A stretch of 64,000 nt of DNA from a virus (Duplodnaviria; Caudoviricetes). Position numbers and translations under genes: made by a program. The notes beneath the pieces were generated by a model, which did no database searches, had not been told where the DNA came from, and saw nothing but the letters and a program-made list of their open reading frames with translations. The stretch lies in IMG/VR virus record IMGVR_UViG_3300044655_001017; one strand, written 5' to 3'. This document shows, piece by piece, positions 7,801 through 16,646 of this stretch. Numbering within the stretch: the first letter of the stretch is position 1; each line of letters opens with the position of its first letter.

Positions 7801-9024
7801 GACATGTACAAAAAGTTTGGTCTTGAAACGTTTAAAGATTATAATACTAGGATGGATGCAGAATCAAAAGTTGCAAAACCTGCATTAAAACCTGACGAAG
7901 TTAAAAAAGACGAAAAAACTAAACTTGATATTGACACTAACGCAACGCCTTTTGTAAATCCTGAAGAAATTATTAAACAAATTTCATCTAAATCACTGCA
8001 GCCTGACTTTTCTAAACCTTTTGCTAATATAAGCGAACAGATACGTAGTGTTAACAAAACACCGATGCTAAGTCATGAAGATATCTTTGCTAAAGCACAA
8101 GAAATGTTTAAAACCCCTGATATTAGTAGCATGGTTGGGTCTGCTAGCGATACAATGTCAAAAATGTTTGACGAAAACAAAATGTTTCCAGACATTAAAA
8201 ATATTAAAGAAGATCAAGCTAACACTGAGGTAAAACCAGTTTCAGCAGCAGATAGTTTAAAAGATAAATCTGATGCAATTGCAGATTCAATCAATGGTCT
8301 TAAATTACCTACTAGTACAGCAGTTCCTGAAGAAAAAACAGAAGATAAAGGGTTCTTTGATACAATTTCAGATACATTTAGTAAAGCCGGCTCGTCAATA
8401 TCAGATTTCTTTAAAGATGATAAACCTGCTGTAGCTACAGAGGATGTAAAATCCAACCCTGATACACAAACACCTGAAGAACAAGCAAAAGTATCAGCTG
8501 CAATAAAGAAATTAGACAAAGGTGCACAATCAAGAGCAGAAGCCGAAGCAGAAAAAGCTAAATTAAAAGATGCTAAAGTTACTATAAAAGAACCAGAAAA
8601 ACCAGTTGTGCCTGCAGCAGTAGTTAAACCTAAGTCTAAAGAAGATCAGCATGTTGATGCAATGTACAAAAAGTTTGGTATTGAACGATTTGATGATTAT
8701 AATGCGCGTAAATCAGCTGAAATTAAGAGCGCACATGCTCAAATTAAAGATTCAGTAACAGACAGATCAGGAATAACAGCACAAGATGTTACCCCTCCAG
8801 CACCAACTGAGCAACCAAAACCAGCTGAGCAACCAAAACCAGCTGCCCCGCCAGTAGTACAAGCACCTGTTGCTAAAGAAGTAACATTAAAAGATTTGCA
8901 CGATGCATTAATGCAGTTAAATAAGACTATGGGACAAATGGCTCAGCATACAGATGATATAAGCAATAATAGCCGCAAACAAATCCAAGCAACAAAAAGT
9001 ATATCTGGCAATAGATACGCATAA
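4834..9024 (+). CDS. tape-measure / gp29-like baseplate hub-tail length protein
   Basis: 1396 aa, Ala/Gln/Lys-rich and helical N-half, 'GELVELHGKELV' motif, low-complexity K/E/P repeats, 'L.QLNKTMGQM...I.ATKSISGNRYA' C-terminus; divergent from the gp26-like gene. Confidence 0.65.
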   Translation: MASEIELLQEIKDLLKNSNRSNYSTNTPSTNSNSNSSSVSGDGPLGKLTGVATGVVEALTNVWRGSSSAAEGLGVFTSALSKNGGILGKVIGDLGSTAINAMNDVNKSNRDSVKYGADWGNNLGEFDKAIKGARMTHEEYNDMLRTSTRELEGAGSNANKTQQNFLSVAKGLQESDLGNRLKQLGVSTDELNQITETSLAFNQGKDLSEKTAHRNAIESAINMAAAMDENTRVSGISRKEQEANLKKQSEKASTQMALSMMDPEAQERYKEAMNQMANAPQAVKDAFTEEFTGGLRTNDGAATIAGMGDAGPELLKAARASAEANSPEARQASQKQNEEFLGKFAEVQNSTSYKQMGVFATGAAADKTREMYTGNLELQKINAKIDEEKNKGNTIDATTARNMLYESAKLDRKGVDESGKKTTGGELGQTINQADSALKDMAAGAGVAFNDLVKSTNNVIAANQKYVDAVARPRTQEAATPAAIGKEIGDAIVKALPFDAGKLADAYSKRHQEFQESNKNREELPSAAPKRSTGSPSFESFINGGSGFNDMFESFDPNGELVELHGKELVANEAQMNKLFKGISEQLTPDMKNTAATASDSSALNFEDVKNTVANQANSANPQMTDVNKTFTAVNAEMKNVTTQLSAVADKLKNINFEPALKNLSEQTAKLLEKVKLPEVKPVEVKLPEVKPVEVKPPVAKQEEPKKEEVKPPVAQTQEPKKEEPKKEEVKPAETKPVEDKFAALSKTIESVTNEIQSGGIRTKEGAEKMASLGPAGVDLEKAIKAHKDATTDQQKADAINAENTAIAKIKDYQQSKTFIEQQQQHAIITAKAGFKDIDPIKSTEELNKKLFGALKVDGIEKKEQTKEQPKAPEKVEEKKEEKGFFDTVSDAFGKVGSSISGLFKDDKPAFAKGNVKYEEISQEEKDAADKRSQEGIGKVDNSPEAIAAQKAELERQKNSGRYKEKEPEKPKTDDLKKPAESKEDAHVKDMYKKFGLETFKDYNTRMDAESKVAKPALKPDEVKKDEKTKLDIDTNATPFVNPEEIIKQISSKSLQPDFSKPFANISEQIRSVNKTPMLSHEDIFAKAQEMFKTPDISSMVGSASDTMSKMFDENKMFPDIKNIKEDQANTEVKPVSAADSLKDKSDAIADSINGLKLPTSTAVPEEKTEDKGFFDTISDTFSKAGSSISDFFKDDKPAVATEDVKSNPDTQTPEEQAKVSAAIKKLDKGAQSRAEAEAEKAKLKDAKVTIKEPEKPVVPAAVVKPKSKEDQHVDAMYKKFGIERFDDYNARKSAEIKSAHAQIKDSVTDRSGITAQDVTPPAPTEQPKPAEQPKPAAPPVVQAPVAKEVTLKDLHDALMQLNKTMGQMAQHTDDISNNSRKQIQATKSISGNRYA
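6854..7045 (+). repeat. coding tandem repeats (VKLPEVKPVE / EEPKKEEVKP)
   Basis: 30-bp unit aagttaaactacctgaagttaaaccagttg twice (6854-6913), followed by gaagaacctaaaaaagaagaagttaaacct units. Confidence 0.9.
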
Positions 9025-9043
9025 AGATTAAGGAAATATATAT

Positions 9044-10795
9044 ATGGCATGGCGAAAACACTTTTCACCGGTTGACACAAACGGTGAAGTTTCACGTACA
9101 GTTGGATTATCAAACAATTCAAAAGCAGGTCCTGCTAGAACTAACTATTCTAGTTACCTGCCTGATGTTTATACCGGTAGTCCAAATCGTATTGAACGAT
9201 ATCAACAATATGAAGTAATGGATAGTGACCCAGAAATTAATGCAGCACTAGATATTCTTGCTGAATTTTGTACACAAAAATTAAAAGATGGTAAAAGTCC
9301 ATTTAACGTACGGTGGAATAGTAAAGGTACTAATTCAGAAATACGAATTTTAGGTGAATACTTACAACAATGGAACAAATTACAACAATTTGATACTAAA
9401 ATCTTTCGCATTGTTCGTAATGTATTTAAGTATGGTGATGCATTCTTTGTTAGAGATCCTGAAACACAAAAATGGAGTTGGGTTGACCCTAGTAAAATTG
9501 TAAAAATTATTGTAAATGAAAGCGACGGAAAGAAACCCGAACAATATATTATTAAAGATTTAGCTCCTAACTTTGAAAATTTAGTTGCTACACAGATAAC
9601 TCCTAATATCAATCCTAGACAATCAGGCGGCGGTATGACCTCAGGTGCAGGATATATGGGATCACAAAGCGCACAACGAGGTGCATCAGGACCGTATCCT
9701 AGTGCTAGTTCGGGATCTAGATTTGGTATGGCTGAAACAGAATACGCAATTAATGCCGAACACGTTGTACATTTATCATTATCAGAAGGTTTAGATAACA
9801 ATTATCCGTTTGGTAACAGCTTATTAGAGAATATTTTCAAAGTTTATAAGCAAAAAGAGCTTTTAGAAGATGCTATTTTAATTTATCGTATACAAAGAGC
9901 TCCTGAAAGACGTGTTTTCCACATTGACGTAGGTAATATGCCAAGTCATTTAGCTATGGCGTTTGTAGAAAGAGTTAAAAATGAGATACATCAACGTAGA
10001 ATTCCAAGTCAAAGTGGAGGCGGTCAGAACGTTATTGACAGTGCATACAATCCATTATCAATAAATGAGGACTATTTCTTTCCGCAAACTGCAGAAGGAC
10101 GTGGTTCTAAAGTTGATACACTACCAGGCGGAACTAATCTAGGTGAGATCGACGACTTAAAATTCTTTACAAACAAATTATTTCGAGGTTTACGGATACC
10201 AAGTAGCTACTTACCAACAGGTGCAGATGATTCACAAGCAAGTTTTAATGACGGACGTGTTGGTACAGCATACATTCAAGAGTTAAGATTTAACAAATAC
10301 TGTGAAAGATTACAAAGTTTGATTACAGAATCGTTTACAAACGAATTTAAAATGTATATGTTCTCTAGAGGAATGAACATTGATGCTAATCTATTTGAAT
10401 TAGCGTTTAATCCTCCAATGAACTTTGCCAGTGCTCGGCAAGCAGGATTAGATTCAGAAAGAATTAATACTTTTAATACAATACAAGCCGTACCTTACAT
10501 GAGTAAACGCTTTGCACTTAAGAGATTTTTAGGATTAAATGAAGATGAAATGGCAGAAAATGAAAGATTATGGGGTGAAGAACAAGGTAAAGGCCAGCCT
10601 ACACATACAGATGCTGCAGGCGAACTGCGTAGTGCAGGGTTATCCGCAGCAGGTATGGAGGGAGACTTAGGTATGGCAGGAAATCTAGCCGCTCCTGCTG
10701 ATATGGGAATGGGCATGGATGCAGGAATGGGCGGCATGGGCGGTAGCATGCCTCCAGCTGCACCCATGGGTGGCGCTGCTCCATCGATAGGATAA
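9044..10795 (+). CDS. gp20: portal vertex protein, T4 gp20-like
   Basis: 'LLEDAILIYRIQRAPERRVFHIDVGNMP...EDYFFPQTAEGRGSKVDTLPGGTNLGEIDDLKFF..KLFRGLRIPSS' is the gp20 signature. Confidence 0.96.
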   Translation: MAWRKHFSPVDTNGEVSRTVGLSNNSKAGPARTNYSSYLPDVYTGSPNRIERYQQYEVMDSDPEINAALDILAEFCTQKLKDGKSPFNVRWNSKGTNSEIRILGEYLQQWNKLQQFDTKIFRIVRNVFKYGDAFFVRDPETQKWSWVDPSKIVKIIVNESDGKKPEQYIIKDLAPNFENLVATQITPNINPRQSGGGMTSGAGYMGSQSAQRGASGPYPSASSGSRFGMAETEYAINAEHVVHLSLSEGLDNNYPFGNSLLENIFKVYKQKELLEDAILIYRIQRAPERRVFHIDVGNMPSHLAMAFVERVKNEIHQRRIPSQSGGGQNVIDSAYNPLSINEDYFFPQTAEGRGSKVDTLPGGTNLGEIDDLKFFTNKLFRGLRIPSSYLPTGADDSQASFNDGRVGTAYIQELRFNKYCERLQSLITESFTNEFKMYMFSRGMNIDANLFELAFNPPMNFASARQAGLDSERINTFNTIQAVPYMSKRFALKRFLGLNEDEMAENERLWGEEQGKGQPTHTDAAGELRSAGLSAAGMEGDLGMAGNLAAPADMGMGMDAGMGGMGGSMPPAAPMGGAAPSIG

Positions 10796-10803
10796 ATAGA
10801 TAT

Positions 10804-11040
10804 ATGATACTACGAGAACTTTTTTACATTGACCCTAACACAAGACATGTTGCAAGCGATATGCGGTATAATCCAAATGATGATAAATCGTTAATGCAGC
10901 GGTCAGATACGCGCAAGACACGGTTGTCTCTCAGACAAATTAACGAATTACGTAAGAGCAGCGAAGCTCATATTTTAGAACAAGAGGTTGAATTAGCATT
11001 TGTTCATTCAATGTATTCAACACCGCCCCCGGCGGCATAA
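10804..11040 (+). CDS. small head-module protein
   Basis: 78-aa ORF after the portal with a GATAAATA box at 10791; positionally like the T4 small prohead core genes. Confidence 0.7.
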   Translation: MILRELFYIDPNTRHVASDMRYNPNDDKSLMQRSDTRKTRLSLRQINELRKSSEAHILEQEVELAFVHSMYSTPPPAA

Positions 11041-11152
11041 ATAATTTCTAAAATATTAAAAAACCACCGGTTTGACCCCATATTTACGTTCTTTTTTATA
11101 AGTAGTGTAAATATAAGACAGCCTTGTATAAAATTTATCACAGGAGATTAAC

Positions 11153-11998
11153 ATGACTGACCGTACAAAATTTGAAGCCATGCTTGAGGCATTGATCAAC
11201 GAAGATCATGAAGCAGCAAAAGATATTTTTCACAACATTGTAGTAGGTAAATCACGCGAGATTTACGAAAGATTATTAGCAGAAGAATTTGAAGAAGAAG
11301 AAGATGATGCTGAAGATGATTCTGAAGATGACGCATTTGGTGATGATGAAGAAGGCGAAGACGATGACATGTTTGGTGCTGACGACGAAGAAGGCGAAGA
11401 CGATGACATGTTTGGTGATGACGACGAAAACGATGAATTTGGTGATGACGAATTTGGTGATGAAGGCGATGAAGGTTTAGAAGACCGCGTTCTTGATTTA
11501 GAAGATGCATTAGACGAATTAAAATCAGAATTTGAACAATTATTAGCCGGCGAAGAAGATGAACCAGAACATGATGACATGTTTGGCGGCGACGAATTAG
11601 GCGACGACGACATGGCCGGTATGGATGACATGGGCAGCGACGAATTCGGCGCAGGGGAAGAAGAAAATGAATTCCAAAGCATGTTTGAATATGTAAACAA
11701 AGTTGCATTACCTAAACATGGTAACAACGGTGATAACAACACAAGTTTGTTTAATAAACCTAAATACAATGACATGGGCGGCGTAGCTCCTAAATTTGGT
11801 GGCACAGCTTCAGGCGAAGGCACTAAAGGTGGATTATTAAAACCTACAACAACTAAAATGGACGGTGGAAACCAAAATGTACCTGGCAACGCAAAAGCTC
11901 CTAAGTTACAAAAAGTACCTGCAGGACACGGTAGTGAAAGAAAAGGCACTGGCGAAAAAGCAGCAAACACAAGAAGTTTGATACCAGGTAGAAAGTAA
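11153..11998 (+). CDS. highly acidic prohead core/scaffold-like protein
   Basis: CAGGAG RBS; Asp/Glu-rich middle and basic Gly/Lys C-terminus; lies between the portal and the protease. Confidence 0.75.
   Translation: MTDRTKFEAMLEALINEDHEAAKDIFHNIVVGKSREIYERLLAEEFEEEEDDAEDDSEDDAFGDDEEGEDDDMFGADDEEGEDDDMFGDDDENDEFGDDEFGDEGDEGLEDRVLDLEDALDELKSEFEQLLAGEEDEPEHDDMFGGDELGDDDMAGMDDMGSDEFGAGEEENEFQSMFEYVNKVALPKHGNNGDNNTSLFNKPKYNDMGGVAPKFGGTASGEGTKGGLLKPTTTKMDGGNQNVPGNAKAPKLQKVPAGHGSERKGTGEKAANTRSLIPGRK
11348..11417 (+). repeat. 39-bp-period coding repeat (EEGEDDDMFG)
   Basis: Exact 31-bp gaagaaggcgaagacgatgacatgtttggtg at 11348-11378 and 11387-11417. Confidence 0.9.
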
Positions 11999-12001
11999 TA
12001 T

Positions 12002-12628
12002 ATGTTACATCTCCGAGAAAACCTTAGCTTCAACGAAGCACAAATGATCGTTGAATCCGACGACAAGGAAGGAAAAAGTTTGTATATGAGCGGTATTTGT
12101 ATACAAGGCGGTATCCGTAACGCAAATCAACGTGTGTATCCTGTGAGCGAGATTAGCAAGGCTGTTAAAACCCTCAACGATCAAATTCAAAACGGTTATT
12201 CTGTGCTCGGAGAAGTAGATCATCCAGATGATCTAAAAATAAACTTAGACCGAGTTTCACATATGATAACTAACATGTGGATGGAAGGTCCAAATGGTTA
12301 CGGTAAACTTAAAATTTTACCAACACCAATGGGACAATTAATCAAAACAATGTTAGAAAGCGGAGTGAAACTTGGCGTCAGTTCACGCGGATCTGGTAAC
12401 GTTAGTGATAGCGGATCCGGTGAAGTTTCAGATTTTGAGATTATCACAGTTGATATGGTAGCTCAACCTAGCGCACCAGGAGCTTACCCTACGCCAATTT
12501 ATGAACACCTAATGAATACAAAAGGTGGACTTAAATCTTTTCGCATAGCGGAAGAAGTTAGAGGAGATCCTCAAGCGCAAAAATACCTCAAAGAGAGCTT
12601 ATTGAATATAATAAGCAAACTCCAATAG
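12002..12628 (+). CDS. gp21: prohead core protease, T4 gp21-like
   Basis: 'GICIQGGIRNANQRVY', 'GEVDHP', 'GVKLGVSSRGSG' and 'DMVAQPSAP' are S21 (gp21) protease motifs. Confidence 0.96.
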   Translation: MLHLRENLSFNEAQMIVESDDKEGKSLYMSGICIQGGIRNANQRVYPVSEISKAVKTLNDQIQNGYSVLGEVDHPDDLKINLDRVSHMITNMWMEGPNGYGKLKILPTPMGQLIKTMLESGVKLGVSSRGSGNVSDSGSGEVSDFEIITVDMVAQPSAPGAYPTPIYEHLMNTKGGLKSFRIAEEVRGDPQAQKYLKESLLNIISKLQ

Positions 12629-12644
12629 TACAGGAGAATCACAT

Positions 12645-13739
12645 ATGTTGGATGCACTAAAAACTTTATTTGAAAACAATGTGGTTTCGGCAGAGATCAA
12701 AGAGTCTATTGAGCAAGCATGGGAATCACGCATTGTAGAAAACCGTAATCAGGTTGCTCAACAACTACGCGAAGAATTTGCTCAAAAATATGAGCATGAT
12801 AAAAACACTATGGTTGAAGCAGTAGATCGTATGATCTCTGAACAACTATCAAGTGAACTTAGCGAATTTGTAGATGATCGTAAACAACTAGCAGAAATGA
12901 AAGTTAAATTTGCTAGAAAAATGACCGAAAGCGCAAAGACTGTTAACACATTTGTTACCCGTCAATTAGCACAAGAAGTTAAAGAATTACACGAAGATCA
13001 AATGTCAATGGCAAATAAATTTGGCACATTAGAACACTTCGTAGTAGAAGCTCTTGCACAAGAAATTGCAGAGTTCTATAAAGATAAAAAAGACGTAGCC
13101 GAATCAAAAGTTCGTCTGATTCGTGAAGGTCGTCAAGAAATCAAACGAGTAAAACAAGAATTTGTAAAACGCGCAGCAGTAATGGTTGAAAGTGTTGTAG
13201 GTCAAACCTTAAACGCTGAAATTACTTCATTAAAAGAAGATATTGAATCAGCTCGTCGTACAGATTTTGGTCGTAAATTATTCGAAGCGTTTGCTGCTGA
13301 ATATCAATCGAGCTACTTGAATGAAAAATCCGAAACTGCAAAATTGCTCAAAGTCATAGACATGAAAAATTTAGCCATCAATGAAGCTGCACATGCAGTT
13401 GTCAAAGCTGACCGAATATTAGAAAGCAAACAAGCAGAAATCGTTGCGTTGAAAGAGTCGCAAGAAAGAAAAGCAGTTATGAGCGAATTGTTGGCTCCTC
13501 TAAACGCTGAACAACGCTCTATTATGGGCGAATTGATGACGAGTGTAAAAACTTCAAAACTTAACGAAAGTTTTGAAAAATATTTACCAGCAGTAATTTC
13601 TGGTAAACAAGCACCACAAAAAAGACAAGCTCTTGTAGAAGCTAAAGAAATAACCGGAAACAAGATTGTTTCCACAACCACCCGTAGCAGCGAAGATGAA
13701 TCAAACATTATTGATATCCGCCGCCTCGCTGGTCTATAA
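12645..13739 (+). CDS. gp22: prohead core scaffolding protein, T4 gp22-like
   Basis: Long coiled-coil Glu/Ala/Lys-rich protein between the protease and MCP, with repeated 'L.E' protease-site-like motifs. Confidence 0.85.
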   Translation: MLDALKTLFENNVVSAEIKESIEQAWESRIVENRNQVAQQLREEFAQKYEHDKNTMVEAVDRMISEQLSSELSEFVDDRKQLAEMKVKFARKMTESAKTVNTFVTRQLAQEVKELHEDQMSMANKFGTLEHFVVEALAQEIAEFYKDKKDVAESKVRLIREGRQEIKRVKQEFVKRAAVMVESVVGQTLNAEITSLKEDIESARRTDFGRKLFEAFAAEYQSSYLNEKSETAKLLKVIDMKNLAINEAAHAVVKADRILESKQAEIVALKESQERKAVMSELLAPLNAEQRSIMGELMTSVKTSKLNESFEKYLPAVISGKQAPQKRQALVEAKEITGNKIVSTTTRSSEDESNIIDIRRLAGL

Positions 13740-13757
13740 AAATTTAGGAGAATTTAA

Positions 13758-14927
13758 ATGTCAGAACTACTTAATGGCCGTTGGGCAGAAACAAAACAAG
13801 CACTTTTAGAAGGCTTGTCAGGTACAAAAAAATCAGTAATGGGCGTAACACTTGAAAATACACGTAAGTATTTGATAGAATCTCCTACTGCTGGTGCTAC
13901 TTCTGCTGGAAACGTTGCAACTTTAAACCGTGTAATTTTACCAGTAATTAGACGTGTAATGCCAACCGTTATTGCTAACGAATTGGTAGGTGTACAACCA
14001 ATGACTGGCCCAGTTGGCCAAATCCACACATTGCGTGTTCGTTATGCAGACAGTTCAAATAGTACTGTAGCAGGCGAAGAAGCATTGAGTCCATTCAAAA
14101 TTGCAGAAGCTTATTCAGGTAATGATTCAACTTCTAATGCTAAAGCAGCTTCAACTGCAACTTTAGAAGGACAACCAGGCAAAAAAATGAGTATTCAAAT
14201 CTTGAAACAAACAGTTGAAGCTAAAACACGTAAGTTGTCAGCTCGCTGGACATTTGAATCTGCTCAAGATGCTCAATCACAACAAGGTATTGATGTAGAA
14301 GCAGAAATTATGGCTGCGTTGGCTCAAGAAATTACTGCTGAGATTGATCAAGAAATTATCACTTCATTATTAACTTTAGCTGGTTCAGACGTTGAAACTT
14401 ATAACCAAGCTGCAGTTTCTGGTACAGCAACTTTTGTTGGTGACGAACACGCTGCATTAGCTGTTCAAATCAACCGTGTAAGCAACTTGATTGCACAACG
14501 TACACGTCGTGGTGCTGGTAACTATGCTGTTGTATCACCATTTGCATTAACAATTTTACAATCAGCTACTACTTCAGCTTTTGCTCGTACAACTGAAGGT
14601 ACTTTTGAAGCTCCAACTAACACAAAATTTGTTGGTACATTAAACAACTCATTGAAAGTGTATGTAAACAGCTATGCACAAGACAGCACTTCAATCTTAA
14701 TTGGTTACAAAGGTGGTTCAGAATCAGACGCTCCTGCGTTTTATTGCCCTTACATTCCTTTGATGTCATCAGGTGTTGTTTTAGATCCATCAACATTTGA
14801 ACCAGTTGTATCGTTCATGACACGTTATGGTTATGTTGAATTGTCTAACACTGCATCATCTTTAGGTAACGCTGCTGACTATTTAGGTCGTGTTGGTATT
14901 ACTAACGGTAACGTTAAATTTAGCTAA
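13758..14927 (+). CDS. gp23: major capsid protein, T4 gp23-like
   Basis: 'RRVMPTVIANELVGVQPMTGPVGQIHTLR', 'VEAKTRKLSARWT.E.AQD', 'LAQEITAEIDQEI', 'FYCPYIPL' and 'F.P...FMTRYG'. Confidence 0.98.
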   Translation: MSELLNGRWAETKQALLEGLSGTKKSVMGVTLENTRKYLIESPTAGATSAGNVATLNRVILPVIRRVMPTVIANELVGVQPMTGPVGQIHTLRVRYADSSNSTVAGEEALSPFKIAEAYSGNDSTSNAKAASTATLEGQPGKKMSIQILKQTVEAKTRKLSARWTFESAQDAQSQQGIDVEAEIMAALAQEITAEIDQEIITSLLTLAGSDVETYNQAAVSGTATFVGDEHAALAVQINRVSNLIAQRTRRGAGNYAVVSPFALTILQSATTSAFARTTEGTFEAPTNTKFVGTLNNSLKVYVNSYAQDSTSILIGYKGGSESDAPAFYCPYIPLMSSGVVLDPSTFEPVVSFMTRYGYVELSNTASSLGNAADYLGRVGITNGNVKFS

Positions 14928-14951
14928 GGTTTACTTAACTTTATTTTACAC

Positions 14952-14978
14952 AAAAGGGCTCTTAGGAGCCCTTTTTTT
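14952..14978 (+). terminator. rho-independent terminator after MCP
   Basis: aaaa-gggctc-ttag-gagccc-ttttttt. Confidence 0.9.
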
Positions 14979-14992
14979 ATGGTAAATACATT

Positions 14993-15565
14993 ATGACTAC
15001 ACAATATTATCATCCTAAAATAACTATCGAATATAGAGAACACACTGATTTAATTCAACCTTTAGTTGAGTGGAATATCAACGGCACATTAACACCAGAC
15101 AATCCTATTACTAGTAGACAACCACTTCATACAGTTAGTGGACTATGGATGGAAAAATTCCTTAGTCATACTACTGAATTATGGTTTTCTAAATTTGATA
15201 TTCCTGATGCAGGATTGAATGTAATTGGTATAGAATTGTATTTAGATGTACATCGACTTTCAAGAATTGAAGATTTACGCATACAACTTAGACTCAACGG
15301 TGAATATATTGGTGATAATATGGCTAGTCCTGTTGATCCAGTACAGAGTAATATGTATACAGGTGAAAACAGCCCATTAATTCCTATCATTGGCAATACA
15401 AATGTATACGGAAGTGCTGATAACCAATGGGGAACTACCTTAACAAGTGCAGATGTTGCTAATGAGTCATTTGGTGTTGCAATTAGTTTTAGAAGCAATC
15501 AAGTTTATCCGCATCGTGATTTAGTTATTGTAAATCAGATAGGCGTAGGTATCACCTACGGATAA
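14993..15565 (+). CDS. hypothetical beta-sandwich virion protein
   Basis: 190-aa ORF with a GGTAAATA box upstream; beta-rich composition. Confidence 0.7.
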   Translation: MTTQYYHPKITIEYREHTDLIQPLVEWNINGTLTPDNPITSRQPLHTVSGLWMEKFLSHTTELWFSKFDIPDAGLNVIGIELYLDVHRLSRIEDLRIQLRLNGEYIGDNMASPVDPVQSNMYTGENSPLIPIIGNTNVYGSADNQWGTTLTSADVANESFGVAISFRSNQVYPHRDLVIVNQIGVGITYG

Positions 15566-15567
15566 AT

Positions 15568-15649
15568 ACTTTGTCAAATAAGTGCCGTAATTGCGGACTT
15601 ATGCAGTGACCCACTGCGTATGACATAAAACGTCAAAAGGAGAAATCAA
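15568..15649 (+). promoter_or_regulatory. structured 5' leader (three hairpins) downstream of a late-promoter box
   Basis: GATAAATA at 15561, then stems 15578-15602, 15600-15620 and 15621-15635, followed by the AAGGAG RBS. Confidence 0.55.
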
Positions 15650-16600
15650 ATGGGACGTCCATTAAATAAAAAATATTTTGGTAACCGCAACGTCGGTTCA
15701 ATATCAACAATTGCTGACGATGGTATCGTTGGTAAAGGTGTAGCTAGCATTCCAGTAACAGCTGCTAGTTCATATACAGTTCGCCCAACTGTAACATTAA
15801 CAGGCGCACCAGACTTATTAAACAGTGTAGCTGCTACTGCAACTATCACATCACAAGTTAACACTGTTAGTTCTTTTGTAGGCGGCACAAATTACAGTCA
15901 AGGTGATACATTTACTATTGGTAACGGTACTATTTTTACAGTTGCAACTGTTAATGGTTCTGGTGTAATTCAAACACTTAACGTTACTAACGGCGGTACA
16001 TTCCTTTATGCAGATGGTGCATTAGCTACTGGTGCTCGCACAACTTCTATTATTAGTGCAACTAACCCATTAGCTACTGGTGCAACTGTTACATTAACAT
16101 ATAAAGCTAAAGAAGTTTTAATTACTGACGCTGGTTCAGGTTATTCAACAACTGTACCAACTGCAACTGCAACACAATCTGTAACATTAGGTACTGTTGT
16201 TATGACAAGCCCGGTTGGAAATACTGCAGTTACAGGTACTGCTGCTAACCCAGATCCAGGTATCATTGCATATGCATTTACTGGTTCAAGCTCTAAACAA
16301 GCTGATATCGTTAAACAAGTTGCAAAAGATCGTTACAAAGTTAATACATCTGACACAAGTGGAACTCCTGTTGTTGCTCAATTAAAATCTTCTGCAGCTA
16401 CTGCGTTAGGCGAAATGACTATTAATGCAACCGATAGTGCAAACGGCACATATTGGGTTGTTAAATTAACTAGCCATAAAGCAACAATCTATCCTAACAC
16501 CGGTACACAATTTCCATTAGTTAACAGTCAACCACAAGTAGTACAGTGGACTTTTAGTACACCTACTGTAGGTGTATCTGTAAAAATCGATAACGCTTAA
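15650..16600 (+). CDS. virion structural protein (Thr/Ala/Gly/Val-rich)
   Basis: Strong RBS, own promoter box and terminator; codon usage like the MCP; MGRPLNKKYFG N-terminus. Confidence 0.85.
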   Translation: MGRPLNKKYFGNRNVGSISTIADDGIVGKGVASIPVTAASSYTVRPTVTLTGAPDLLNSVAATATITSQVNTVSSFVGGTNYSQGDTFTIGNGTIFTVATVNGSGVIQTLNVTNGGTFLYADGALATGARTTSIISATNPLATGATVTLTYKAKEVLITDAGSGYSTTVPTATATQSVTLGTVVMTSPVGNTAVTGTAANPDPGIIAYAFTGSSSKQADIVKQVAKDRYKVNTSDTSGTPVVAQLKSSAATALGEMTINATDSANGTYWVVKLTSHKATIYPNTGTQFPLVNSQPQVVQWTFSTPTVGVSVKIDNA

Positions 16601-16612
16601 TAAAGATTATAT

Positions 16613-16635
16613 AGAGGGTCGTGAGGCCCTCTTTT
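16613..16635 (+). terminator. probable terminator hairpin with GNRA loop
   Basis: agagggtc-gtga-ggccctct-ttt. Confidence 0.65.
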
Positions 16636-16646
16636 AAGGAATATGA

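Noticed and set aside
11196-12066. Long alternative-frame ORFs (11196-, 11263-, 11289+)
   Set aside because: Shadows of the GAA/GAT-rich acidic gene; Ser/His/Arg low-complexity translations with no RBS.
14925-14997. Stop read-through or frameshift extension of the MCP
   Set aside because: TAA is followed by a strong terminator; the read-through peptide is short and featureless.
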